A DNA stretch of 62,199 nt, filler included, from Globobulimina sp. (taxonomy: Eukaryota), in NCBI GenBank assembly GCA_003354225.1. It is 27 parts of 27 records of this genome, joined end to end, with 100 filler letters (N's around TTAATTAATTAA, not from the genome) between each part and the next. Parts side by side here need not be neighbours in the genome. Positions count along the whole stretch, not along the records: positions 23,087 to 25,294 come from PIVH01008189.1; positions 25,395 to 27,602 come from PIVH01008190.1; positions 27,703 to 29,910 come from PIVH01008191.1; positions 30,011 to 32,218 come from PIVH01008192.1; positions 32,319 to 34,525 come from PIVH01008193.1; positions 34,626 to 36,832 come from PIVH01008194.1; 21 more parts are not named here. The stretch is one strand, 5' to 3'. The position numbers and the translations under genes were made by a program. The first letter of the stretch is position 1; each line of letters starts with the position of its first letter. Shown here piece after piece: positions 23,087-34,722 of the stretch. A model generated the notes under the pieces. It had not been told where the DNA came from. It made no database searches and worked only from the letters and a program-made list of their open reading frames with translations.

Positions 23087-23815
23087 CAAGATATTTTTAA
23101 AAATTTATTAAATGTATTTGTTGCTTCCATTAATTTATTAATATTTAAATAGAAATTTCTCTTTTTTTCAGTCTCAAATAATTCAATGCAAATTAATGAA
23201 TCATTCAACGATAATTCCGATGTTTGCAAAGCTTCGGAATGCATAAAATCGGACAATTTCTTTATTGTTTCTGTCACTAATTTATGCAATGGCGAATTAA
23301 TATATTTTCTTGAATTTTTAACTAAAACCAATGACGGATATAATAATACAATCCATGAATATGCATCGATTTCGGTTTCAATATCACAATTATTTATCAT
23401 TGCTAATAATTGAGTTAACCATTTATGCAAATGTAAAGGCAGTGAAATATCATATTTATCAATAATTAATTTGTATTTTATTGTTTTAAATAATGGGAAA
23501 ATGATATCATTTTTATTAAAATCCAAATCCATATTAAATATTGTTTGCAATTGTTTTGTTTCCGATATCGGATTTAGTTTTTCTTTGCTTTCTTCTTTTT
23601 CTTCCTCTTTTTCATTTTCTTTATTAGATTGTACCATTTGTTTTGCTTTTAAATGTCGAACGCGTTTACTTCTTCGCCGCTGGTTTTAATTAAAATTTGT
23701 AACATTAATTATCAACTCATAATAAATAAAAAGAACTTGGTACATTTGGAGTTGCATCAATTGCTATTTGGTTCAGAGCCTTTGTAATTTCATTCATTTC
23801 TTTCGAATCTTGCAT
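23087..23815 (-). CDS. Hypothetical protein (probable intron near 23680-23743; 3' partial)
   Basis: MQDSKEMNE... exon splices in frame to the 200-aa ORF. Confidence 0.5.
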
Positions 23816-23981
23816 GGTTCGGCCTGTTGAGCAACAAAAAGAGTTAAGTTACTTAAGTATACTCAGCGCATATAATCGAGAAAAAGCAAACATTTTGGTA
23901 TCTGAGTGACTGTTCTGTCATCACCACAAGAACAGAACTAATTTTTGGATATCCAGCTCAGGCACTCATAGAAAAGATCAT

Positions 23982-25294
23982 ATGTCAGTAAATTCTGACC
24001 ATTTCGACGAAAGGAAATTTGACTACTCAGATTATGCAGATTCATATATAAGTTTAATAAATGAAGAAACTCATTATTACTCTCATAAAGTACAATTATT
24101 AGATGATGAATCGAAAGAGATTAATCAAGAACAAACCCAACATATCAAAAATAGAATAATTTCAGCATCACAACATTCATTACCTCCATTGAATGAAACT
24201 AAAATAAAACGTTGTCTGTCATCTCCGAGTTTCATTTCATATCTTCATGGTAAGGCAACAAAAAAAGCAATGATAAGCAAACAATGCACAAATAACACAA
24301 TGAAGCAATTGCCAGATTTGCTGGAATTATATAAAAACATACCTTCGTTCAGATTAAACATCGAAAATTTATGCCGCAAAACAAAGTCACCAATAATGAG
24401 TAGTGACTGCTATATATTATGTCATCATAAATCAAATTGTTTTCGAAATGCAATAATGTTGGGATTTTTTCGTACTTTTGCGGCTTCATTTGTTTTGAAA
24501 ACCAGTTTATTAATATTGCAAAATATTTTATTTGGTAAAAAAAAGGACAGTTTTCATAAAATATCTGATATATTAACCAATGCGGATAGTTTATTTTTTG
24601 CACAGTTTATGGGTTTAATGAGTTTTACATACAAAGCAATATTGTGTTTATTGCGAAGATATTTTAAAAAGGATGATATTAAATATCATTCATTTGCAGG
24701 ATTTGTGTCTGGTTTTTGGATCATTTTAGATAGAAATCATCGTCGACAACAAGCATATGCCATGAATGGAGTAATCAGAGCAACTTATGATGCTATACAA
24801 TTATGTGTGTTTTATGGAAAATTGCCAACAATCACCGGTTTCAATATGGCATGTTTTACTTTGACACAAGTAATTTTAATCAATGCTGCATTTTGGAGAC
24901 CAAATTATGTCCATCCAACTTTATATAAATTCCTGTTAAAAGTTGGGAATATGAATAATGATAAAATTCAAATATTAAGAGATGGCATTTTAAGCAACAA
25001 ATTTGTTGAATGCTGCCCATCATTACACAGAGAGAAATCATGTTTGATTTATAATATTAAAGATTTTATACTTAGTTTTAAGAGATCATTCCTTATATTC
25101 GTAGCGGTGCACTTTTTACCGTCGTTGTTGTTTGAACCTAAAAAAGTATTTTTAAATCTGAATAAATATTTTAAACAAAGTTTTACAAATACAGTGGTTT
25201 CCTGTTTGTTTGCGGCAAGTTATAATTGCACTGTTAAAGGGACTGTTTGTTTATTTAGGAATATATTTAAAAGAGATTATTGGTGGTCGGCTAT
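23982..25294 (+). CDS. TMEM135/PXMP4-family membrane protein (3' partial)
   Basis: C...H...C then YKAILCLLRR...SFAGFVSG, with a second C...H...C repeat and HFLPSLLF. Confidence 0.8.
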
Positions 25295-25424
25295 NNNNNN
25301 NNNNNNNNNNNNNNNNNNNNNNNNNNNNNNNNNNNNNNTTAATTAATTAANNNNNNNNNNNNNNNNNNNNNNNNNNNNNNNNNNNNNNNNNNNNAAATTC
25401 GAGGATGAAATAACAAACTATAAA

Positions 25425-26953
25425 ATGCAAATAAATGATTTGAAATCGCAATATGCGACCACTGATCGGTCTGATCCTGAGACAGAAACAAATAAAATAA
25501 ATACTAACAGTGCACAGGTCAATGGTGGTGAGAACATTGTGGATAATGTTGTGAATGACGATGAATATTTTGCACAATTTGCAGCAAAACCGTTTGGTTT
25601 AACATTTGGAAGTACAGAAGATAAAAAAAACTTAGTTGTTACTAAACTGGATGCGGACAGTACTGCTTCCAAACAAAATGTGATTATTCAAAGTAAAATT
25701 ATTAAATTACAGGATGAAATTGTGGAAGATTTGGGAGCAAGAAATATTTATAAAATGTTTACTAATAAATTTGCCAATCAATTACCGTTAAAAATTACAT
25801 TCCGAAAACCGAATAAAGTTAAAGATGAGCAACGGTTAAGAAATATATATGAATCCATTGCCAAAAATAGTGAGAACAAATCAGCTGAATTGGATGAAAA
25901 ATTTGATGTCACAACAGAAGCAAATCATGTTTATTCATGGTTAAGTTAAGTGGTAATGCGCAGTATATATAGTTATTGAGATAATTATGTTTATGCCAAT
26001 ACTTAGAAATTGAATCCAATGACAAAGAAGCCGTACAACGGTTACAAGAGCAATTAGCCTCATTATTAACGACCAGATCAGTTTATTACAAACAAAAATT
26101 AAAAGAAAGCTATCTCGCAGAATATGAGAAAGCATTAATGGAAGATATAAAAGCAATCATTGGAAAAGGACTTGTCATGGATATAATCACTGGTTTATTG
26201 ATGAACTGTGCACAGTTCGATGCACTGATATTAACAAAATGTATTACAAATATGGATATTGAGTCTGTTGCGGATATAATTTGTTGTCGAACCATAACTG
26301 AATTAAAAGCGTTGCGCGCTGCATATAAAAACGAATCAAAATTGGATGTTGCTAAACAGTTACAAGCAATGGCTCGAAATGAGAAAAAAAATACATTGGT
26401 TAAAGTAATTGGAGGGGTGTTTGAGTATAATGAGAGAGAGCAGAAAGAAAATGAGAATGTGGCGGTGGATATGGATCAATTGGATGGGGACTTAAATTTT
26501 ATTTTAACTGCAAAAAAGTTTAAAGATGATGCAAAAGAAAGATTGGTTATGATTTTTACGTCAAATTCTGTAAAATATATAAAAATATTAAATGGACAAT
26601 TTACATCTAAATCGAAGGACAGTTTGACCACATTCATTGATAAAAAATTAGGTAACAAATCAAGTGCCGGTTATTTTTGTAAAACACGCATTTTATATGC
26701 ATTGGATACTGGTGATTATTATGCACAAAAAATTAAGAAATTAGGCAATCAGTACAGAAAAAATCAAAGGAAAATTGCAAATATTTTTGTGCAACGAATG
26801 GAAATTGATTTGAATGCAATAAAAAAAGTATGGACAATGCAAAAATATGGTGATGGAAAGGATTTGAAGCAATGGATTGCTCAAAAGACATCTGGATCGA
26901 ATGAAGCGTATTATTTACAAAAAATATTGGATAATTGTGCTCGTTACGCATAA
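25425..26953 (+). CDS. PDZ domain plus annexin-like repeats (intron 25945-26006)
   Basis: KPFGLTF...LPLKITFRKP (PDZ); LLTTRS...LKESYLAEYEKALMEDIK, IICCRT..ELKALRAAY, IFVQRMEIDLNAIK...YG..L..WI..KTSG (annexin repeats). Confidence 0.8.
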
Positions 26954-27062
26954 TTGTTAACTAGCTTTGGTGTGTTTTGATTGTGTAACTTTCTTTAATA
27001 GTGTCTTTGGTGATAACCAGTTTTGATGTTTTAAATTAAGTATGTAAAGTCAGCCAATAATC

Positions 27063-27602
27063 ATGGTGTCACCTGCACGCAAACGGAGAATCGCAGTGCT
27101 ACTCACATTGCTGGCAGTTCTACTTCTAAGTCGCAACAAACTAAACTCAATTCCTCCAATTTCCTCCATCAACACCAAACTAATACGATACACGCCATGG
27201 AAAATATTATTAGCTGGCTATACAATCCACTATTTATTATCCCATTTGCTATCAATTATCGGTTTAGGTACATCAGATCTGCCACAACAACATTACCATC
27301 CCGACTTTGTGAACCTACGTAAAGTATTAACCGGTTTGGATGCCGGAATTGTATCATGTCTACACATCAGAAAACCAAAGTGGTTACGCGACACATTGTC
27401 AATCATACTCGGCGCATATTTTATTATTTACAGCAAAAACGCAGAAAACGTCATGCATAGATTTCATCAGCAAGCCACCATCGACGGTGTCCGAGCCTGT
27501 TGGACCAAAGGCAGACATCCTTTGTTATGGACGATCACCAAATTAAAGGAACGTTTGTCGTTTCCGATCCAAATTCATCGTCGCAAAATTATAATAAACC
27601 CA
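27063..27602 (+). CDS. Hormone-sensitive-lipase-like alpha/beta hydrolase N-terminus (3' partial)
   Basis: LTGLDAG....HIRKPKWLRDTLSIILGAYFIIY...RACWTK..HPLL matches the N-terminal region of fungal/protist HSL-like hydrolases. Confidence 0.7.
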
Positions 27603-27702
27603 NNNNNNNNNNNNNNNNNNNNNNNNNNNNNNNNNNNNNNNNNNNNTTAATTAATTAANNNNNNNNNNNNNNNNNNNNNNNNNNNNNNNNNNNNNNNNNN
27701 NN

Positions 27703-28655
27703 ATCCCAATAATAATATCTCTCACCAAAATAACTGTTCATTTGCGGAGCTCTCTGTCGCTCTGCTCCCGATTTTTCGTCATAGTCACATAAATTATCGC
27801 ATACTGCAAAGTTTTGAGCCGGTATATCTATAAAAACAGATGCGGCAAAAATATACAATTAAAATAAACACACATACCAATCATAAATTTGCTATATTGA
27901 TTATGCTCATTGCCTCGAATGGAGCGTAATAAATCTCTCCGTATATTCAACTCGCTTTGTAAATGCATTAATTCTGTGTCCTCCCACGAAATAAGCTCAC
28001 TTTCATCACCATCCGCATGCGTTTTGTGTCGCTCTTCAAAGGATTTGGATTTTACCATTTTAAAGCCAGTGTGGAATGGATGCAAAAAATAACAATGTAT
28101 GGTATCTAATGTATTCTTATAAAATGTGATATTTTCATTAATATCTTGGTTATTATGACTGTGATGGTGTTGTCTAATGAAGGAGGGACAGGTTTTGATT
28201 TGGCATTTTATAAATTGATGAACTTTGGTATGGAGCAGCGCTGCGTTGATGTCATTGTGTTCTTTATCTTGGTCCAAATGGGCGGATAAAATATGTGTAT
28301 AATCATTTAATAAATGATTATAACGATTGAAATAGTGTAATAACGCGTTGTTTGAGAAACTATTATTTTGATAAAATTTCAAGGCCATTATTATACGGTA
28401 CAATGATTGACATTCCGTAATGGAATGGTCACCGCAGGAGATGGACACCAATGCGTCGGTTATTTGTATGGTGTCGCCAGTTTTATATAACATTTTTCGC
28501 GCTGCGTGGAATACCGCCAACAGGGAACAATCCATAATCCAATGATGTGCTGATAAGCCACAGGATTTACAAAAATAATTGGATGGGATTGGTGCACGGC
28601 AAACGTTTGTTATTGCTGCGGTTGCCATCGAATCGATCTTTAAATAAGTGTACAA
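27703..28655 (-). CDS. Hypothetical protein of an expanded lineage-specific family with N-terminal CCHC knuckle (3' partial)
   Basis: PIPSNYFCKSCGLSAHHWIMDC; LLNDYTHIL..H, C.I..C..F.R, LDTIHCYFLH; the next exon ends FGERYYYWD. Confidence 0.6.
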
Positions 28656-29113
28656 GTATCAGTCTGTCGGATAGTCCGTGTGTAATGGAGTTTTGTTTTT
28701 GTTTTTGGAAATTGAGTAGATTTGCTAAAGAAAGTAAAATAGTGAATTTATTTGATTTGTTGCGTTGATGAAATGAAATTTAATGACGGAAATCTGGTGG
28801 TGTTTGTTTTAAACAATGGATGGGAATTGTTATTGATGGATGGTGTGGAGGAGTGACAGTTGTAACCAATGGCCAAACTGCTTCGTTGTTTATCAAATGG
28901 AAGTGGTTTATAAAGTGAGTATGCTTTTTGAGTGAAAGGGTTTTTGAAAAAAATGAGTTGCTGCGCATCAGAAACTAAGTCAGTTTCATGGAAGCTTTAT
29001 TAGATGAAAATTAGGGTTGAAACACAAACATTTTGGATTTGCGGAAAGGAGATGGGTACTTTTCCTGAAAGTATGATATATATATATTATTATGTTTGGG
29101 CAAATATTTAATA

Positions 29114-29782
29114 TTAAGCGTGATTGGCTAATTGAAAGAACAATTCCTCGACATAGTCCTCGTAATAAATGACTTCATTTTGTTGATTGGTTTCATCATT
29201 CTTTTGATTTTTTGCATTTATGTTTTTATTATTTTTATTTGTTGTAATGATTGCAATATTTAAAAATTCGTCTAATTCTCCTGCGTCTAAACAAGATTCG
29301 CCATCAAAATCATCCATTGCAGAAATAATATCATTTTTGAATAGCATCAGTTTTTCAGTGTCATCATTGTCATTCTCTTCATTTTTAAAGTGTTTCTGAA
29401 TTATTTTGAAAGCGGATAAAACTGTATCTTCGTCATCTGATGGATAAAGTTTTTGTTTCATTATTTCTAACATTAACATTTCAAAAATTTCATAGTCTAT
29501 TTCATTTTCATTGATTTGATTATCTTCATTTTCATTTTCATTTTTTTTGTTTTGAATTAGTTGTTTCAACCGAGGCAATATAGATTGGTTAATATCGTGT
29601 TCAGACGGGAAATATCCTAAATATCGAATGAGTGTACCAATGTCACGTTTGTTAATTTTATTTTTGTTCTTTAGGTCAAACAAATTGAACGCATTTTGTA
29701 TTTTTGTTTTAAATGCAGCAATTTCTTCAGTCGTTAATGAATCTGTATTTCCGAATATATTGTTTGAAGCTTTTGTGTCCAT
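29114..29782 (-). CDS. DRC8: EF-hand protein, dynein regulatory complex subunit 8 (EFCAB2)-like
   Basis: KIQNAFNLFD...RDIGTLIRYLGYFPSEHDI...YPSDDEDTVLSAFK...IYYEDYV. Confidence 0.75.
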   Translation of the reverse strand: MDTKASNNIFGNTDSLTTEEIAAFKTKIQNAFNLFDLKNKNKINKRDIGTLIRYLGYFPSEHDINQSILPRLKQLIQNKKNENENEDNQINENEIDYEIFEMLMLEIMKQKLYPSDDEDTVLSAFKIIQKHFKNEENDNDDTEKLMLFKNDIISAMDDFDGESCLDAGELDEFLNIAIITTNKNNKNINAKNQKNDETNQQNEVIYYEDYVEELFFQLANHA

Positions 29783-30010
29783 TTATCTATAAATATAAGA
29801 TAATATGTATTATGATATTTTGACGTACTAGTACTTGTTTGTATTATTCAATACCAGATTGATCATGGCTTTACCCCCTAAATCTATAAAAAAGTTGCCT
29901 GCTACGGATTNNNNNNNNNNNNNNNNNNNNNNNNNNNNNNNNNNNNNNNNNNNNTTAATTAATTAANNNNNNNNNNNNNNNNNNNNNNNNNNNNNNNNNN
30001 NNNNNNNNNN

Positions 30011-32218
30011 CAATTTAGCTACAAATGGATACACAGTCTCAGTGACACCAACATACTCCGTTGCCGGTGCCTGCGCAGTGCATAACAGCGACACTAATAT
30101 TATATATACACTTGGTGGGAACCAGGCGGGTGTTTACAGAAAACACACTCAGCGATTCAAGATTTCAAGCAATACATGGCTCAGTCTTGGAGGCAACACA
30201 GTATATTTCAAATCGTACGCAGGCTGTTCCTTTGATGCAACAAATAATTATATTTTTTATTTTGGTGGTTATGGGTCATCTTCGTCGCCATCGTCACCGT
30301 ATTATCTGAATGCAATTGAAAAATATAGCGTGTCTGATGATGGGTGGACTCCATTATCATCAACTTTAACTTCATCACGATATGCGCTTAAATGCCGATT
30401 ATCGATTGACAACAATATATATTGCATTGGAGGAATAAATACTGGCACTGTATTCAACACAGTCGATGTATTTCATCCGACGACAGAAACTATAATAGGT
30501 ACATGGTACTTAAATGAACCACGAACTTATGTTTCAGCGACATTATGGAATGACGATTCCTGTTTAATTGTTGCTGGGGGTTATGATGGTTCATCTTATT
30601 TGGATTCAATTGAAACTTTCGGAGATTGCACAGGTTCAGTTTTGTTTTCGTTTTTCATTTCATGCGTCTATGATTTATAAATTTTAAACAAAAACAAAGC
30701 TCCAACACAGAGCCCAACTGCAAATTCTGCGCCACCCAGCAAAGCACCAACATCATTCATAGAAGCATGGAGTGAGAATAATAAATTTATTTGGATTGGA
30801 CCAGACGCCGTGGATTGGACCACAGCAAACAATTTTTGTAAGAATAAATATAATACGTCATTGGCATCAATTCATAGTGACGCTGAAAATATTGAAATCA
30901 GTAATTTATGCAGTTCGCATTCAGGAACTTGGTGCTTCATCGGATTAAATGATATTGACATCGAAGGGGTTTATGTCTGGATTGATGGAACTGATATTGA
31001 TTATACTCCGGCACTGTGGAGCAATGATAATGCGGGCGGTGAGCCTGGAGAGGATTGTCAATTAATATTACCATCCTATCTCGACGAAAATGCATGGGGC
31101 GATACAGGATGTTCTGCTGCTGCAACGCCATATACTTTTATTTGCAATGCTCCTCCAACTATGGCTCCAAGCTCTGCTCCGACCAATGCGCCAAGCTCTC
31201 CTCCTTCAACATCTCCCTCCAAATCGCCGACAATGCCACCAACTTTATCTCCGAGCTCTGCACCGACCAATTGGCCAAGTTTTGCACCGTCAAATTCACC
31301 GACAACAATACCGACTTTGGCTCCGAGCACAGCTCCGACTTTTACTCCATCAGTATCTCCATCTGAAGCACCGACGATGCCGCCGACATTAGCTCCAATC
31401 TCATCGTGTCTTGATTATGATGGCGAATTTAGCAATGATGGAGATGTGCAATTTGCATTTTTAGATGAATATACACCGTTAAACCAGCCATTAGAATATG
31501 TTTTGACTGTTTCTGCTGAGTCAGACATTGAATGTGAAAATAACAATGATTGTTTTATACCGTGTAATGATATGTTGTCATGTTCCTTTTCCAACATTGT
31601 AATCAGTAATAGCACAGACAAACAAGTTGTGGTTTATTGTGGCGATATATATTCATGTTCGGATTTGTCCATTTCAGTCAAATCCATGGTTTCCATGTTA
31701 AATCTCACTGTTGTTTGTAATGCAGATTATTCATGCATTAATATGAATATTTTTGCAGCAGATTTTAATTCACTGAATGTATATTGTTCAGCATCAAGTT
31801 CTTGTTTGGACGTAAATGTTAATATCACAGTCAATGGCAACGACACAGAATTCGAAAATGATGGCATAATATCCTGTATATCAGAAAATAGTTGCGATCA
31901 TATGACGATTACCACAGATTCAGTCGATACGCAGTTAAAAATGTATGCGCATTCCGATGATGTAACATTGGATAATAAATATGGATATATTCCATTCCAT
32001 GACCATCAGACTGAGGCAAACATTGTTTGTAATGACAGGTTCATTCGATATGAAACTAGTTTGGTTACACAACCAATTATTAATTATGTGGAAACCTCAA
32101 TTTTGAATGGCTATGGCATCAATAGTTTAAATACTTTGCCATGTTCAGGAGTATCAGTAAAATGTGATGGATATTCCTGTCAAATGGTTTCTACTTTGAA
32201 TGTGCCAGATTTTGTTGT
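30011..32218 (+). CDS. Extracellular mosaic protein: Kelch repeats, C-type lectin, APT/S repeats, Cys-rich repeats (intron 30634-30699; partial)
   Basis: GG/Y/W Kelch motifs; W..AN.FC...LASIHS...CFIGLND...W.DG...EDC...W.D..C; PT.APS repeats; the intron joins the two ORFs in frame. Confidence 0.85.
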
Positions 32219-32367
32219 NNNNNNNNNNNNNNNNNNNNNNNNNNNNNNNNNNNNNNNNNNNNTTAATTAATTAANNNNNNNNNNNNNNNNNNNNNNNNNN
32301 NNNNNNNNNNNNNNNNNNTTCTGATTTTAACAAAATTAATTAACCAACCTCAAATTGATTAACAATC

Positions 32368-32892
32368 ATGGCAGACAAAACAAAGGCTAATGTATGCACA
32401 GCCATTGTTGCATTTATTACGCAGTTTCCATTATTCTTTAGCTTTTGATGATGGGGCAATTCGATAGCTGTTGTTTTAGGTATTGCAGTATCAACAACAT
32501 CATACATAATATCAGAATTTATAGCGTTGCTTATTGTTATTACATTAATATTGCCCACATTTTATTTTGTAATGAGGAAATCAAAAGAAAGGAGAGGTTA
32601 TAAACCAGCAATTATCATTGCTGTTGGCTTCATATTCATTACAACTCATTCAATCTATCAGTTAGTTACCAGACACTCACCATTCATGATGAGAGTATTG
32701 GCACTCATTGGTTCTGTCTTAATTATAATTGGAGTTGCTTACAATGCAAGTTTCGAAATCAAATTGTTTCTGTGGATCAAACGTTTTTCATCAAAACCCT
32801 ATCAAAATTGTTGTCAAAAGTCATCCTCTCTCAATAATACTGCAAAACAAATAGATTTAACATCTCAAACTGCAGAAAGCACAAAAACATGA
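32368..32892 (+). CDS. MerC-like 4-TM protein with tandem in-frame TGA TGA (candidate UU selenoprotein), 174 codons
   Basis: aacaatcATG start; MADKTKANVCTAIVAFITQFPLFFSF**WGNSIAVVLG...ERRGYKPAIIIAVG...LIGSVLIIIGVAYNAS; TGAs at 32446-32451. Confidence 0.65.
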
Positions 32893-32909
32893 TCATATAT
32901 TTCGAATTC

Positions 32910-33031
32910 AATGAATTGAAAGCGTTAATTGTAGCATATGGTTATTGCATAAGTGAGGATCTGTATTGCTGCAGATCTGAAAATTCAATCTTCAGTCAAC
33001 CAATCAAGCTAATCATTGCGCTAAATTCATT
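32910..33031 (+). promoter_or_regulatory. 3'UTR stem-loop, candidate non-canonical SECIS
   Basis: Nested pairings AATGAATT/AATTCATT, AGCG/CGCT, TAGC/GCTA, TGGTT/AACCA; apical GTGAG-GATCTGTA-ttgc-TGCAGATC-TGAA. Confidence 0.45.
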
Positions 33032-33118
33032 TGTAAATTAAACATACTGTTATTTTGCATAAAAAAATTGATTTCTGATTAGGTTTTTTTTACTAAATAG
33101 GTTTTTTACTTATTAAAG

Positions 33119-33893
33119 ATGCAAAAGTCTTTGTTTAACGACACATACAATTATTATATTGGTGTTCGCCATGCTGAATCACAAGCAAATGTAGAAAATC
33201 TAATGGTAACAAACCCAGAAATCGGTATTGAACATTATTGTTAATTTGACTTTCCATGCAAATAAATCTATTTTCCTGTCATAACAAAGGTTGCAACGGA
33301 TATGGATTGACACAGAAAGGTGTTCAACAGGCAATTGATGCTGCAAAATATATCAAAAATAGAATAATTCCTAAAATCAACAATTCAACACATAATCATA
33401 GATTCACCATCAGTGATATCAATATTTACCATTCAGACTTCAAAAGAACCACAGAGACTGCCATCCATATAGCAAACTCATTAAATATTGACATATCAAA
33501 CAATGTTTTCCCTCCAGATTATTACGTGAGAGGTTCTATGGTGAATTAGATAATAAACCATATCAAGTAATATTTGATAACCAAATATGGAGGAAAGATG
33601 TTGAAAACATTGATAATAATCATTGTGGAGTAGAATCAATCAATTCTGTTTCAACAAAATTCAAACACTTTGTATCCAGTATTGAGAGGAATGAAAAGCT
33701 TAAATATTCCAAACCAAAATTAATTATTGTTTGCAGCCATGGGGATAATTTGAGAATTTATCAATCGCTTTTTCAAAATACACCACTTAATCAATGCCAT
33801 ACGCTCAAATGGTATGGCAATGCAAGAGTGCGTGACTGGTCTGCAATGACAATCAGTATTCACTCCAAATCAGTTCTTGCGTCAAAACTGTGA
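33119..33893 (+). CDS. Histidine phosphatase (PGM family) with C-terminal SKL; intron 33225-33289, frameshift near 33511
   Basis: VRHAESQAN, GLTQKG..QA, SDFKRTTETA, LRERFYGELD, SHGD motifs; ends ...ASKL*. Confidence 0.8.
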
Positions 33894-33990
33894 CACTAGC
33901 GATATTAGGCAGTAGTGACAAAAACTTCTTACCTTGATTCAATAAATATATTTCCGAGAGTTTTTGAAAAAGCAAACAAAAGCATCGTCA

Positions 33991-34487
33991 ATGGAGCCCA
34001 TTGAACAACAGCCGTTGGTTCAACATGAAAACAATGCAACACAAGATTTTGGCGAGTCTGAATACGGTGATCGGTTACAATATAAATCAGCTCCGCCATA
34101 TAGGGATATTGTATTTGCCATTGTATTTATTGTGCATTTAATAATCATAATTTGTGTAGGATTTATTCTTTGGACATCCCGCTATGAATATATTGAAAAT
34201 AATTCAAATAATTTATGGGATTCTGATGTCTCAGCCACTGCCATTTTTATTGGTGTTTTAGTGATTTCATTGTGTGGAATATTTATTGCATTGTTATGGT
34301 TGGTCATAATGAGACGATATGCATCGAGCATAATTAAGACAATGTTATTTTTAAATATTGCGACATGGATCGCAGTTACAATTATTGGTGTTGTCATTGG
34401 TGAAATAACATTGATTATAATTGGCGCCATTTGCGCTGTGATATATATATTATGGACATGGTGTATTTGGAGAAATATTCCTTTCAG
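33991..34487 (+). CDS. Choline transporter-like (CTL/Pns1) first exon (3' partial)
   Basis: YRDIVFAIVFIVHL...WRNIPF followed by a gtaac donor. Confidence 0.75.
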
Positions 34488-34722
34488 GTAACAATGTTAA
34501 AGATAATATATTTTGCATTCAAATCNNNNNNNNNNNNNNNNNNNNNNNNNNNNNNNNNNNNNNNNNNNNTTAATTAATTAANNNNNNNNNNNNNNNNNNN
34601 NNNNNNNNNNNNNNNNNNNNNNNNNAGTTTTAATTATATTTACAATTTCGCACTTTCGCACTTTGAAATTTATACTTTCGCACTTTCACACTTTTATTAA
34701 TAAATAACAAAGGGAGAGTGTA

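Noticed and set aside
32446-32451. Global TGA=Trp/Cys reassignment as the explanation for TGATGA
   Set aside because: TGA terminates several genes at the expected place (e.g. after SKL at 33891, ATXN10, PIG-Y) and is absent inside other conserved ORFs.
32527-32892. ORF-track 121-aa ORF starting at TTG
   Set aside because: It is the downstream part of the frame starting at ATG 32368; non-ATG starts in the track are not meaningful for this eukaryote.
34646-34694. TTTCGCAC short repeats
   Set aside because: Low-complexity intronic repeat without spacers or structure.
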